Source of the DNA: a virus
Taxonomy: Duplodnaviria; Caudoviricetes
IMG/VR virus record: IMGVR_UViG_3300006030_000029
Coordinates: 1-63,309 of that record
Length of the DNA stretch: 63,309 bases
Reading direction: 5' to 3' (one strand)
This document shows, in pieces, positions 9,007 to 19,000 of the stretch. The notes beneath the pieces were generated by a model that had not been told where the DNA came from, did not search any database, and saw only the letters and a program-made list of their open reading frames with translations. Position 1 is the first letter of the stretch, and the number at the start of each line of letters is the position of its first letter. Position numbers and translations under genes: made by a program.

Positions 9007-10470
9007 ATGGAATTGAGCATCGTTTTAGCTTCGAGGAACGAGACATCCATGCTGTGCGTCACGGTTCTTTCAGCCGTCGAGGCAATCAAGGAAGCAGGCG
9101 TCCAAGGAGAGATTGTAGTGGTGGAAAACTCAGACGACGACGTGCATCTGGCGGCAATGGATTGTTTGGCAGGCCAGATCAAGGAAGGCATGGTTCGAGT
9201 TGTTCGCCTGCAAAATCCCTCGATTGCCAAGGCTATTCATCTGGCCCACGAAGAGGCGAGGGGTAAGTTCATTTTCTACACCGATGCCCACACCTTGATT
9301 GGACACGGGACCATTCCAGCCCTGATGGCATTTCACCAAGAGCATCAAGGCGAGCCAATCGGATTCGTTCACGCCCCTATTCAATGGGCGCACCGCTCAT
9401 CAGCCACAAAGAGAACGCACCTCAATGTATCCAGAACACCTCTCGGTGAATGGGCCGGATCAACTCCAATCGAAAAGCCATCCCTGATTCCGTGGAAGGG
9501 TATGCCATACATGATTCGCAAATCAGTTTGGAGCGACATTCGAGGCTTGGGATGCTGTGCAGAACACAATCTTGGATGGGGCGTGCTGCCATACCTCGGC
9601 ATGAAAACATGGATGCTCGGCTATGAAAACTGGGCGATTCCAGACGGTGTGGTTTACCACTTTGGTGAGTGGCCTGAGAGGGTTAAGCCCCATGCTCAAT
9701 ACCGAACTTACACATCATCGGGAGAAAAGCCGGGGCTGGCAAGAGCGGTGGCCCTTTACGTTTTTGGAGGAGAGGAGGCTTTACGGAAACATTTCAGCAC
9801 AGACCGGTTGGAACGATTCTTCAAAACGCCAGATGAAGCCTTGGAAAAAGCGCGTAAAGTTGGCGAAGGCGAGCGCCGATGGCTGGCCTCAAAGCAAGTC
9901 AGGACGTTTAACAGCCTGTATGAATCACCCCCTTGGAATATGACACCAGAACTCATCTCGCCCCGATACCGAGAACTCAATCAAGAGCTTCATCGCAATC
10001 CAACCATTCCATTTGGCTACAAGGGCTGGGAGCAAGCCGACTTGGCCGAAAAGCTGTATCGGCAATACGATTGCGCCTCTGCCTTGGATTATGGGGCTGG
10101 CAAGCAGACCCTCTCGAAGGAGATGCGTAATCGCGGAATTGCCGTAGCCGACTACGATCCATCCATCCCCGAGATTTCCATCATGCCTCAACCGGCAGAC
10201 CTTGTGGTTTGCTCCGATGTTCTTGAGCATGTGGAACCCGAATACTTCATCCGCGTGATGAATCATTTAAGGGCGCTGACTGGGAAATGCCTGCTGGTCC
10301 GCGTCTGCTTGGTTCCATGCGCCTCTAAAACGCTACCTGATGGAAGCGACCCGCACCGCATCGTGAAGGACCAAGAGTGGTGGCTAACTTCGCTGGAGAA
10401 GGGCTTTGATGTGAAGCAAATCCATGAGTCATCGGATAAATACCTCACGGTCAGTTTGGTTCCCAACTAA
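9007..10470 (+). CDS. GT2 glycosyltransferase fused to a class I SAM methyltransferase
   Basis: 'LSIVLASRNE...VVVENSDD...IFYTDAH' (GT-A) and 'ALDYGAGK...DLVVCSDVLEHV' (MTase). Confidence 0.85.
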   Translation: MELSIVLASRNETSMLCVTVLSAVEAIKEAGVQGEIVVVENSDDDVHLAAMDCLAGQIKEGMVRVVRLQNPSIAKAIHLAHEEARGKFIFYTDAHTLIGHGTIPALMAFHQEHQGEPIGFVHAPIQWAHRSSATKRTHLNVSRTPLGEWAGSTPIEKPSLIPWKGMPYMIRKSVWSDIRGLGCCAEHNLGWGVLPYLGMKTWMLGYENWAIPDGVVYHFGEWPERVKPHAQYRTYTSSGEKPGLARAVALYVFGGEEALRKHFSTDRLERFFKTPDEALEKARKVGEGERRWLASKQVRTFNSLYESPPWNMTPELISPRYRELNQELHRNPTIPFGYKGWEQADLAEKLYRQYDCASALDYGAGKQTLSKEMRNRGIAVADYDPSIPEISIMPQPADLVVCSDVLEHVEPEYFIRVMNHLRALTGKCLLVRVCLVPCASKTLPDGSDPHRIVKDQEWWLTSLEKGFDVKQIHESSDKYLTVSLVPN

Positions 10471-12275
10471 GCCGCAAACAACTCCGCTAGTCCCATGAAC
10501 CGTTTCTTCAATGGATTTGTCCTTGTCTGGCTGTAATTCCCCGGCTTGTCAATGCTGCTTAGGCCGTGGCGTTCGCGGCAAAGATCAACGAGGATAAATG
10601 CTGAGTCGGCAACGTCGGGCGAGCGGCCAATGCGCTTCTTCATGTCTACCTTGGACTCCACCTTGATGCGAGAGCCTCCGTCTTGCGCCTTACTATCCTT
10701 GTAGCGCCGGGAAGTCATGTCCTCAGCCATTTCCTTTGTGATATTGCGGAGCTGATCGCAGCGAATGAGTTCTTTGCCGACACTCCAAATCTCGCTAACT
10801 TTTGAAGCAAAGCGAACGCTGGATTTCTCACGGTCAGCGGCAGACACGGGCCTGTCGGAAGCCTTGCCACCAAAATCCACGCGAAGGAAGCGATTGCTCC
10901 ACTTCGACCAGATGGCATCTGAGAAGGTCTTGCCACCACCAGCAGTTGCATCAACAGACAAATTCTCAATCGTCACACCCTCCCTCTGGCAAATCTCCTT
11001 TAGCTTCTCAACCATCTGAGTCGTGCGGTCCACGTCCTTGCGCGTCACGTCCTCATCAAGCTCGATGTGCTTGTCGAAACGAAGGCGTTTCTTGCCGTCA
11101 ACGCAGATGCCGATAGTTCCGATGGTAAGAACCGACTTGTCACCTCCAACTGTATGCGAGATGTCAAACCCGGCCACCTTGGTAGGCACTCCTTGCCAGA
11201 CGCAATCAGCGGGCACTTTCAGGATTTCTCCCGGCGAGTAGATCGTCTCGTCATCGCCGTCGAGAAGGAATGCTCCTAGCACACCGCGCCAGTAAGCACG
11301 ACTTGTCATACCGAGACGTTCGCGCTTCTCCTTTAGCATCTCCCGAGTCATCAGGAACGGATAGATCGTTCGCCCATAGATGATGTTTGGAGACGTTTCG
11401 ATATTCACGCGGCGGACGAATGCACCCTCCCCCTCCCATTCTTCCCATTCGGGATCGTATTTCTCCCATCCGCCCTCCTTCGGTTTGCACATCTCCCCAA
11501 AGTTGTCGAATGGCGAGTTCGCATTGGCGAGCGCGATAAGCTGGTGATTCGGGTTTTGGGTAAGGTTTTCCTCGAAGGCATTCTTGATAGCAGGTCCAAG
11601 CTCCGCCGCCTCATCCATGATGACGATGATTTTCCCGTTCGGACCGTGTTTTTGGCCTCGAATGGCGCGACTGGATTCAGCTTCCTTGGATTTCTCGCAG
11701 GCGAACAGACGGATGCCAAACTTGTCGAGCGTTTGACCCGTCTTGGGATCAACGGTCTTGATGGCATGGGCGGAGGAAACCAGTTTACCGGGAGGTGCCG
11801 CGATCATCCCGCTGTAAAACTTGGTAATGCTACCCCAAATACGGCCATCGGCGTCCTTCAGGGTGGTCGTGTTCACCAGAACCACGTTGGCGAACGGGTT
11901 AGCCAGCCACCAAATGAGGGCGTAAACCGCGAAGAACTCGGTTTTTCCACCCGAACCGCCCGACGTGACGGCGTATCGCTTATGCTTGAAGGCGTCCTTG
12001 GCGTATTGGATGGCCCACGGATGCCAGATGAACGGGGTGGGCGAATCCTTGTAATTCCACACCAAATCCACAGCGTTCATAAAGTGACGCCATGCTGGAA
12101 GCCCCTTCTCGTTTCGAGAGCCGTCCCGGTGCCTAAGCGAGCCAGAGCGAATCTGCATCAAGGCCATCTCCACTTGAAGCTGGTTCTTGGCGTTGATCTT
12201 TTCTCGGAAGCCCCAAGTGTTCAGCGGTCCTTTGGAGAACTGAATCACATTGGATTTGGGAGGCGCTTTGGTCAT
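10467..12275 (-). CDS. terL: Terminase large subunit
   Basis: Walker A GGSGGKT, Walker B IVIMDEA, coupling motif ALAN, nuclease 'GFDIS' and the C-terminal 'GRSPDVADS'. Confidence 0.9.
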   Translation of the reverse strand: MTKAPPKSNVIQFSKGPLNTWGFREKINAKNQLQVEMALMQIRSGSLRHRDGSRNEKGLPAWRHFMNAVDLVWNYKDSPTPFIWHPWAIQYAKDAFKHKRYAVTSGGSGGKTEFFAVYALIWWLANPFANVVLVNTTTLKDADGRIWGSITKFYSGMIAAPPGKLVSSAHAIKTVDPKTGQTLDKFGIRLFACEKSKEAESSRAIRGQKHGPNGKIIVIMDEAAELGPAIKNAFEENLTQNPNHQLIALANANSPFDNFGEMCKPKEGGWEKYDPEWEEWEGEGAFVRRVNIETSPNIIYGRTIYPFLMTREMLKEKRERLGMTSRAYWRGVLGAFLLDGDDETIYSPGEILKVPADCVWQGVPTKVAGFDISHTVGGDKSVLTIGTIGICVDGKKRLRFDKHIELDEDVTRKDVDRTTQMVEKLKEICQREGVTIENLSVDATAGGGKTFSDAIWSKWSNRFLRVDFGGKASDRPVSAADREKSSVRFASKVSEIWSVGKELIRCDQLRNITKEMAEDMTSRRYKDSKAQDGGSRIKVESKVDMKKRIGRSPDVADSAFILVDLCRERHGLSSIDKPGNYSQTRTNPLKKRFMGLAELFAA

Positions 12276-12373
12276 TTAGGGATGGTATGTGCGAATTACC
12301 GTAAGGCAACATCTGTATTGAATGCCAAAATTCCCGATTGCCCTCTCATTTCTAGGCGTTATCATCACGCCAA

Positions 12374-13333
12374 ATGAGCACAGGACTCACCGTAGCGGAC
12401 GCCCGTGCCGCGCTCTACATGCAAGTTGACCCGTCTGACCCGACGACGGGGCTGTTTTTGCCGTATTTGAACCAAGCGTGTGAGCGCATTATCAATTCCG
12501 GGAACTGGAAAAACTCTTATGGAAGAGTCGATTTTCAAGCTCCGACAGGATACATCACGCTGCCTCGTCGTTGGGAGTCTATTATCGGCGTCACCCGCGT
12601 CAATTACCCGACAGGTGTTTACCCCCGGATGATTGAGTTTATGACCTCGGGTCCGGGATATTTTGATGATACTGACATTGACCTCAAGACGATCATCGAC
12701 CAGTCGGACGTATGCACTCAAGAGGTTCAAGAAAACGCTGGCCTGATTCGCCTGACCATCTCAAATGCAGAGGATGCTGGCCTGATTTGCCGCATTTACG
12801 GCTATGACGAAGATGGTGAAGAGCTTTTTGACAGCGATGGACTGGCTGGGAAGGGCATCACCCTCGCCAATCCGACCGTGACCGGAACGGACGAAATCTT
12901 CATCACGCAGATCGTCAAGCCCCGCACCAAAGGCACCGTCACGATTTCCTCGGTGACTAACGGCACCCCGACTGTCCTTTCGGTTTACGAGCCGAGCGAA
13001 ACGAATCCCATTTACCGCCGCTACAAGACGGGCACGATGGTTGCCCGTGAGGATGGCAAACCGTGGCTCCGTTGCATCTGCAAGCGTCGTTTCGTTCCCG
13101 CTGTGGCCGAAACCGACCTCATCTGGCCTGACAACATCGGCGCTTTAAAGCACGCCTTGATTGCCGTCCGTTTGGAGGACCAAGGGGCCTACGAGGAAGC
13201 TCAGGCTGACCAACGCTGGGCTAAGTGCTACGAAATCCTCAATCAAGGGCTGAAGCAGAACCGTGGAGCCATCCGCCCGACGATGCCATTTCACTTCCCA
13301 CAATCAGCCGGTTCAACCCTTCAGACTCATTAA
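12374..13333 (+). CDS. Putative head-tail adaptor / tail tubular protein
   Basis: 'YLNQACERI' N-terminal helix and 'GYITLP' resemble podoviral adaptors; precedes the ejection-protein genes. Confidence 0.5.
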   Translation: MSTGLTVADARAALYMQVDPSDPTTGLFLPYLNQACERIINSGNWKNSYGRVDFQAPTGYITLPRRWESIIGVTRVNYPTGVYPRMIEFMTSGPGYFDDTDIDLKTIIDQSDVCTQEVQENAGLIRLTISNAEDAGLICRIYGYDEDGEELFDSDGLAGKGITLANPTVTGTDEIFITQIVKPRTKGTVTISSVTNGTPTVLSVYEPSETNPIYRRYKTGTMVAREDGKPWLRCICKRRFVPAVAETDLIWPDNIGALKHALIAVRLEDQGAYEEAQADQRWAKCYEILNQGLKQNRGAIRPTMPFHFPQSAGSTLQTH

Positions 13334-13335
13334 CT

Positions 13336-13905
13336 ATGGCTAACTATTCCAGCGCACCCCAACTTGGGCAGTATAGCGGTTTGCAGCGCAAGGAGGCTGC
13401 CGCATCACAGCCTTCGCAGTTTGACATGATTCAGCGTGGCTCTACTTCGGGTCCGGGAAGTGCCGCCTTCAAGACTCGTCAAGCCGCACAGCCTTGGTCG
13501 CTACCACCTTCACAGCAGAAGGCCCGCAAAGTGGGACGATCCTCGTATGATCCTACTCGCTTGGCAGAGCAAGCCTTACGTCGCACTCGCGACCCCTATC
13601 AGCGCCTTCAAATCGGCATGATTCGAGACAGGTATGCGCCAAATGAGGTGGACGAACTCGACACGCTGGCGGCACAGGCTGAAGAGGCTGGACCGGCACC
13701 GATTCCGGCTACCGGAGTTCCAATGTCCAACTCCCAGACAGCAGGCCGTGATATTGCAAACGGCTCCTTCACTGGCGTAAAGAATCCAGCCATCATTGCA
13801 TTCAACAGGGCTATGGGAAGAAAATCCCTAGCCCCCGGCCAAGGCGTCATGGCCCCAAGGCCAATGACTCAAGCAGATCGTATTTCTCAAACAAACAGGC
13901 TCTAA
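13336..13905 (+). CDS. Putative internal virion (ejection) protein
   Basis: Low-complexity Ala/Gln/Pro/Arg protein in the operon leading to the giant protein. Confidence 0.45.
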   Translation: MANYSSAPQLGQYSGLQRKEAAASQPSQFDMIQRGSTSGPGSAAFKTRQAAQPWSLPPSQQKARKVGRSSYDPTRLAEQALRRTRDPYQRLQIGMIRDRYAPNEVDELDTLAAQAEEAGPAPIPATGVPMSNSQTAGRDIANGSFTGVKNPAIIAFNRAMGRKSLAPGQGVMAPRPMTQADRISQTNRL

Positions 13906-13909
13906 TTTT

Positions 13910-14563
13910 ATGGCTGAAAAACTCAACAAACCAGAACTTCGCGATGTTCAAAAGCCTCTATTTGGAGTCGATTTGACGGCACTTCAGCCCAAACTCACAG
14001 ATGTCTATCTTGGTGGAGGCGAATCGCAATCTAAGGGTTCCCAACTCCTAGATCAACTCCTCAACATGAGCACTCGTAAGCGTATGGCCACCGAAGCCGT
14101 CGCCGGTCGTCGTCGTGAGCAGGAGCAGATGGGCATGGTTCCTTATGCTCCAGCCAACCGTGGTGCCGCTAATGCAGCCGCTCGCAATCGAGTGTCTGAA
14201 ACCAATCTTCCACAGCCTGAGATGGCGGCTGTTGAAACCGTCCAACAGCGTCCAACCGGAGGCCAAATCATCAACTACCCATCGGGCGAGAAGATCGTGA
14301 TGGGATCGTTCGGATCGGGCACTCGAAAAGAGGGTCCCAAAAAACCAACGATGATCGAAGGTATTCCAGCTTCAGCTTGGTATGCTAAAGCGGCAGGCCG
14401 CCAAGGTGAAAGTAACAAATTCGCAGTAGCTCTTCCAACTGGAAAGAAAGACGAATTGGGCCGCGAAAAGTATCGTGGCATGTCATTCGCCAAGGCTGAA
14501 ACTATGAGCCCCGAGAAGCAGAAAGCTCTGGTTTATGACGCCATGAACAGCAAACGCGCCTGA
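13910..14563 (+). CDS. Putative internal virion protein
   Basis: Position and composition. Confidence 0.45.
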   Translation: MAEKLNKPELRDVQKPLFGVDLTALQPKLTDVYLGGGESQSKGSQLLDQLLNMSTRKRMATEAVAGRRREQEQMGMVPYAPANRGAANAAARNRVSETNLPQPEMAAVETVQQRPTGGQIINYPSGEKIVMGSFGSGTRKEGPKKPTMIEGIPASAWYAKAAGRQGESNKFAVALPTGKKDELGREKYRGMSFAKAETMSPEKQKALVYDAMNSKRA

Positions 14564-14568
14564 TTTTT

Positions 14569-16011
14569 ATGCCCGTCACCTTCCTCCGCACACCCGCCGA
14601 CTACTTCGGCATCCAAGAAGCGCCCGCCCAGCCGCTCTTTCAGCAGACTCGCGCCTTGGCTGAACCGGCTGTCCAAAACCAGCTCAACTTCATGGACAAG
14701 GTGACGCAGCTACGGCAGCAGAGGCCTTTGGCTCGTGCTCAGGCGATGCAGAACGAGTATGATACCATCTTTGCGAACGCTGACCGTCTGAGAATGCAGC
14801 AAGAGGCGGCAAAGCAGGCGGAACAGGCTGTTTCGGCATTGGCTGGATTGACACCGGAAGCGGATGATTACATCACCCAACGCCAGCAAATCCAGCAGCA
14901 ATTCCCGTCTGCCATGCTTGATCCACGGGTTCAGCGCATCGTGGATGATAATGACCGCGTGTTTGGCGCTCGTCAGAGTTCTTTGGCAAGACAGCAACAA
15001 GAGCTTCAGCAACGTCGGGCAAAGCTATTTGGCGCTGGTGCAACGCCTCAACAGGTGGAAGCAGCGTATCAAAATCCTGATGCGGCTGCTCAGTTGGAGT
15101 ATCAGCTTGGTCGCAAGCCTGAGCAGGATCAGTCAATCGCAATGCGAAAAGAGGAGATTGATATGCTTAGCCGTCGCCTGAACCAGCTCACCAAGGACGA
15201 CATGGCTGAAATTCCAACCGGCAAGGACGCCAATGGAAATCCCATCTATGGACCAAATCCTGAGTATGTGAACTTGGCGAAGGAGCTAAAGGATCGCGAG
15301 GATGAGCTTCGTAGTATTTACCGTGGTGTTTATGCTCCTGAGACGGTTAAGAGGCAAACCACCACTGCGAATGTCGGCGCTGCTGCCGCTGATACTCCTC
15401 CTCCTCCGCCGCCACCCATTTCCCCTCCACCCAAGGCAGATGTTGAAGCGGCAATCCGCGCTCGTTTGGCAAATGTTCCGGTTGATGAGCTGCCCAAAGC
15501 CATCGAAAACGAGCGAGCTAAACTTGGAGAAGCTGAACAAATCAGCAAAGCGTGGCAAGGAGCCAAGGACGACCTTGAATCAAAACTGAAGAAGCTCCTC
15601 CCTGACAAAGATGTTGGATTCGGCGTCAACCCCTTGGAACAATTCGCCATGCAGGTGATTGGTAATAAGGAGAAGGTTATTGGTGGACCGACCCCATCCA
15701 TGCTTGTTGGTGGAGTTGGCTCGGCTCCAATGCCTCAAAAGCAACTCGTTCAAGATTCTGTCTTGAAGCAACTTGGACTCAATAAAAACCAGAAAGTTTT
15801 CCGCGAACCCGGAGAAAAGCGCACATCCCTGTTTGGAATGTGGGATAACCAAGATGTCACCTACGACGAATTGATCCGAGATTGGGCTGACAAATTCCTC
15901 AAACAAAGGAAAATTATTCCCTCCAATGTCAGTGAAGGCATCGGGATTCCACAAGAAGAGGTCGAATCTGCCGCAAACTTCTTGAAGAAGAAGACCCTCA
16001 TGCCACAGTAG
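14569..16011 (+). CDS. Putative internal virion protein (Gln-rich coiled coil, poly-Pro linker)
   Basis: 480 aa, helical and Q/A-rich, immediately upstream of the giant gene. Confidence 0.55.
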   Translation: MPVTFLRTPADYFGIQEAPAQPLFQQTRALAEPAVQNQLNFMDKVTQLRQQRPLARAQAMQNEYDTIFANADRLRMQQEAAKQAEQAVSALAGLTPEADDYITQRQQIQQQFPSAMLDPRVQRIVDDNDRVFGARQSSLARQQQELQQRRAKLFGAGATPQQVEAAYQNPDAAAQLEYQLGRKPEQDQSIAMRKEEIDMLSRRLNQLTKDDMAEIPTGKDANGNPIYGPNPEYVNLAKELKDREDELRSIYRGVYAPETVKRQTTTANVGAAAADTPPPPPPPISPPPKADVEAAIRARLANVPVDELPKAIENERAKLGEAEQISKAWQGAKDDLESKLKKLLPDKDVGFGVNPLEQFAMQVIGNKEKVIGGPTPSMLVGGVGSAPMPQKQLVQDSVLKQLGLNKNQKVFREPGEKRTSLFGMWDNQDVTYDELIRDWADKFLKQRKIIPSNVSEGIGIPQEEVESAANFLKKKTLMPQ

Positions 16012-16014
16012 CGT

Positions 16015-19000
16015 ATGGCAACTTGGCATGAACTTACCCGCGATCCTGAATATCAGGCGCTGTCACAAAAAGCGAAAGCTCTTGTAAAACAGGGCTTTTT
16101 TCAGCAGCAAATTGCCAACGATCCCGAGTATCAATCCTTCTCTCCCGAGACGCAAAAGGCTATTGCCGATGATTTCTGGAATACCCCAGACGACACCGGC
16201 CAAGGCTACGTCTCGTCGATGCTTGGTTCTGCTGGACGTGGATTTGGCGAGATTGTGCCGGGAACCGTAACTGGCGTTGGCGCATTGCTTGGAAGTGAAG
16301 GTATTCAAGGCGCTGGCGAGTCTTTGCGAGAAGGCCTCGAATACATTGCTCCAGTGAACCCCATCTACCAAGATGACCTTGCCATGAAGGGAATGAATGT
16401 CCTTGGCACCGTTGGTAGCATTATGGCTACTGGTGGCATTGGTGGAGCAGCGGGTCGTGGATTGGCCGCCGAGGGTATTGCGGCAGCAGGAACGCAAGCT
16501 GCCAAGCAGGCTTTGGCACGCCAAGCTATCCAGCGTGGTGCTAGTAGTGCTCTTTACGGAACTGGATTTGCTCAAGGAGCCGCTCAAAAGGCAGAGGAAA
16601 ACAAACGTCTGGGAATGGAGGGGCCTGAAGCCTACCTCAACCTTATTGGCGGCGGTCTTTCCGAAGTATTGCCAGAAATGCTTCCGTTTGGCACTGCTCT
16701 TGAAACGGCTTCCGCTCGACGCATGCTTGGCGGAGTAGATGAGGCTGGCAAAGTGATTCCGGGTATTCGCATGAGCGCCGCCCAAGAAGCTCTTGAAGGT
16801 GGAACGACTCAATCTCTCAGCAACCTTTCGACTCAATTGACCGCTCCAGAAGGAGTGGAAACGCCGGGGCTTTTTGAAGGTTTTGGTGAGGCTGCTTTGT
16901 GGGAAGGTGTGGGAGGTTCCATGTTTGGTGCAATAAACAAACTTGGTCGCACTCCCTTAGATAAACAGACTGAAGCACAAAATCGTATCGCAACTGAAGC
17001 TGGGGCTATCCCAACGAATGCCGTTCCAGAACAGACCAACGAGCAAAAGCTGGCAGCAATGCAAGCTGGAGGAACCACGGTAGTTGACCCTGATGGTAAA
17101 ACGGCGGTTTTGGTTGAGCCGCCAAAGGTAGCGCCAACCGATCCCGGCATCCAAGCAGCGAAGGATTTGGTCACGCCCACCGCCGCTGTTCCCGGTGCTG
17201 AACAGACCGCCGTTCTCGCAGATGAGCAAATCCAGCAAAACGAAGACCTTGCCAAGAACATCGCCGCCTCGATGCCTGCACCGCCAACCGAGCCAACAGT
17301 TCAACCTGTCAAAACGGCTGAAGCGGTTGAGTCGGAAGTAACCGGCATTGAGCCAACATCATCCATTTCCGACTATGATGTGGACGAGGTGGCGGATACT
17401 TGGTTGTCAACTCAACCGAAAGGGATGGCTGAATCTATTGCGAAAAACGCACAACAAGCAGTCAATGAAAATAGACCGTTCTTTGGCGGTTTTGTTGATG
17501 AGAATGGCGATCTTGTGCTGGGGAGGTTTGCAGCTTACAGGCAAGCTCTAAGAAGGATTGGAAAGGATGTAGATATTAACAATCCCATTGGCGATCTTCA
17601 ACGATGGAAGAAATCTGGAGTCAAAAACTATCCAATCATTGATTATGTTCCGGCCCCCTTATCACAAATCTCCTCAGTAACACCTTCTCTGGAAACAGAG
17701 ATGCCTGAAAAGCCCTCGCAAACGATCACTGGCTCCAATGGCGAAATCGCGCCTGAAATGCCGGTGCAGCCCCAAGCTGGCGAGGCAATGGCTTTCCCTC
17801 CCGCTCCCTCCTTGCAAGAAGGTGGAAGCATTCTTGAGCGCGCGATCATCAACAATCCGCCAAGTGTTAGTCCGTTAATTCAACCCGCAACCCCACAAGA
17901 AAATGCCCCTGACCAAATCCCCGACACGGAAAGCCTTCGTCAAGAACCTGAAGACCGAGTTGAAAGCCGGGAAACCAAAAAAACAGGCGTTAGCGATCAG
18001 CTACTCAGTCCAGCGGCAGGCGAAGAAAAAGTAGCTGGCTCAAAAACACCAAAGGGTCAAATAGTTCACGTTCCCGGATGGGGTGATCGAATCCAAGGCG
18101 TTGAAAAAGGTTCTAAATTGAAATTGATTGACGGATCAATCGCTGATGGAACCGTTCTTGGAAGGTCTGTAAATGGCATGTTTGACATGTCAGACGGCAG
18201 TGTGATTGACACTTCTTTTGTAAGCGCCTTCAAACCAGCTGGCGAAAAAAGTTTTGTAAACGTGCTTAAAAAGCAACCAGCAACTTCAGGATTGGTTGAA
18301 GTGTCTGATTCAGAAAGAGGAGGAACTTGGTATGTTCCAAGGAATCAATGGGAATCTGAATCTAGCCTATTGGATCAAGTTGACCCAAATAACCCAACCA
18401 TTAGCAAGGCTATTAGGCCTCGCGATAAATTGCGTGAAGTTGTTGCCTCCAAGCCGCAACAACCAATCACCCCGCAAGGGACGCCGACGCCCGCTACCGA
18501 AGGCATGCCAACGTCGCGAGACGTGGGCACTTCATTTCAACCGGGGGCAACTGGCGAACCAGTTCAGGCAGCACCTCCTGCTGCACAGGCCGTGAAAGCG
18601 ACCGCCCCCGGACCTGTTTCGGGGAAAAAGCCAACTACTCTCGACCTTGCAAGGCAAGAGCTTGAGCAGGCACGCGGCGTTAAGCCCAACTGGGCACCCA
18701 AGGCCGAAAGGTTTGCCCAAATTTACGAGGGTGAGGATATTCGCCCCGAGATAGCCGCAAAAAATGGCGAGGCTCTGATGTCTGCCATTCAGAATAAGCA
18801 GTGGACCGATCTTCTTCATCCCGACAACAAGGTTTCTCGCAAAGTCTGGAAAGAGTGGACCGGCAAAGCTCTTCCGGCTGGACTCAAGGCATCTCAAAAA
18901 GCCTTCAAAGACTTCCTCGACGCGGCATATCCATCTTCCCAACAAACCACAGCAGCCGTAAAACAAACCCCAGCCCCCTCGCGAAAAGGGGCTGGGGCAG

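Noticed and set aside
18465-18560. GNRA hairpins (CCC-GCAA-GGG, ACGTC-GCGA-GACGT) inside the giant gene
   Set aside because: Only two short stems in coding DNA; insufficient for an RNA call.
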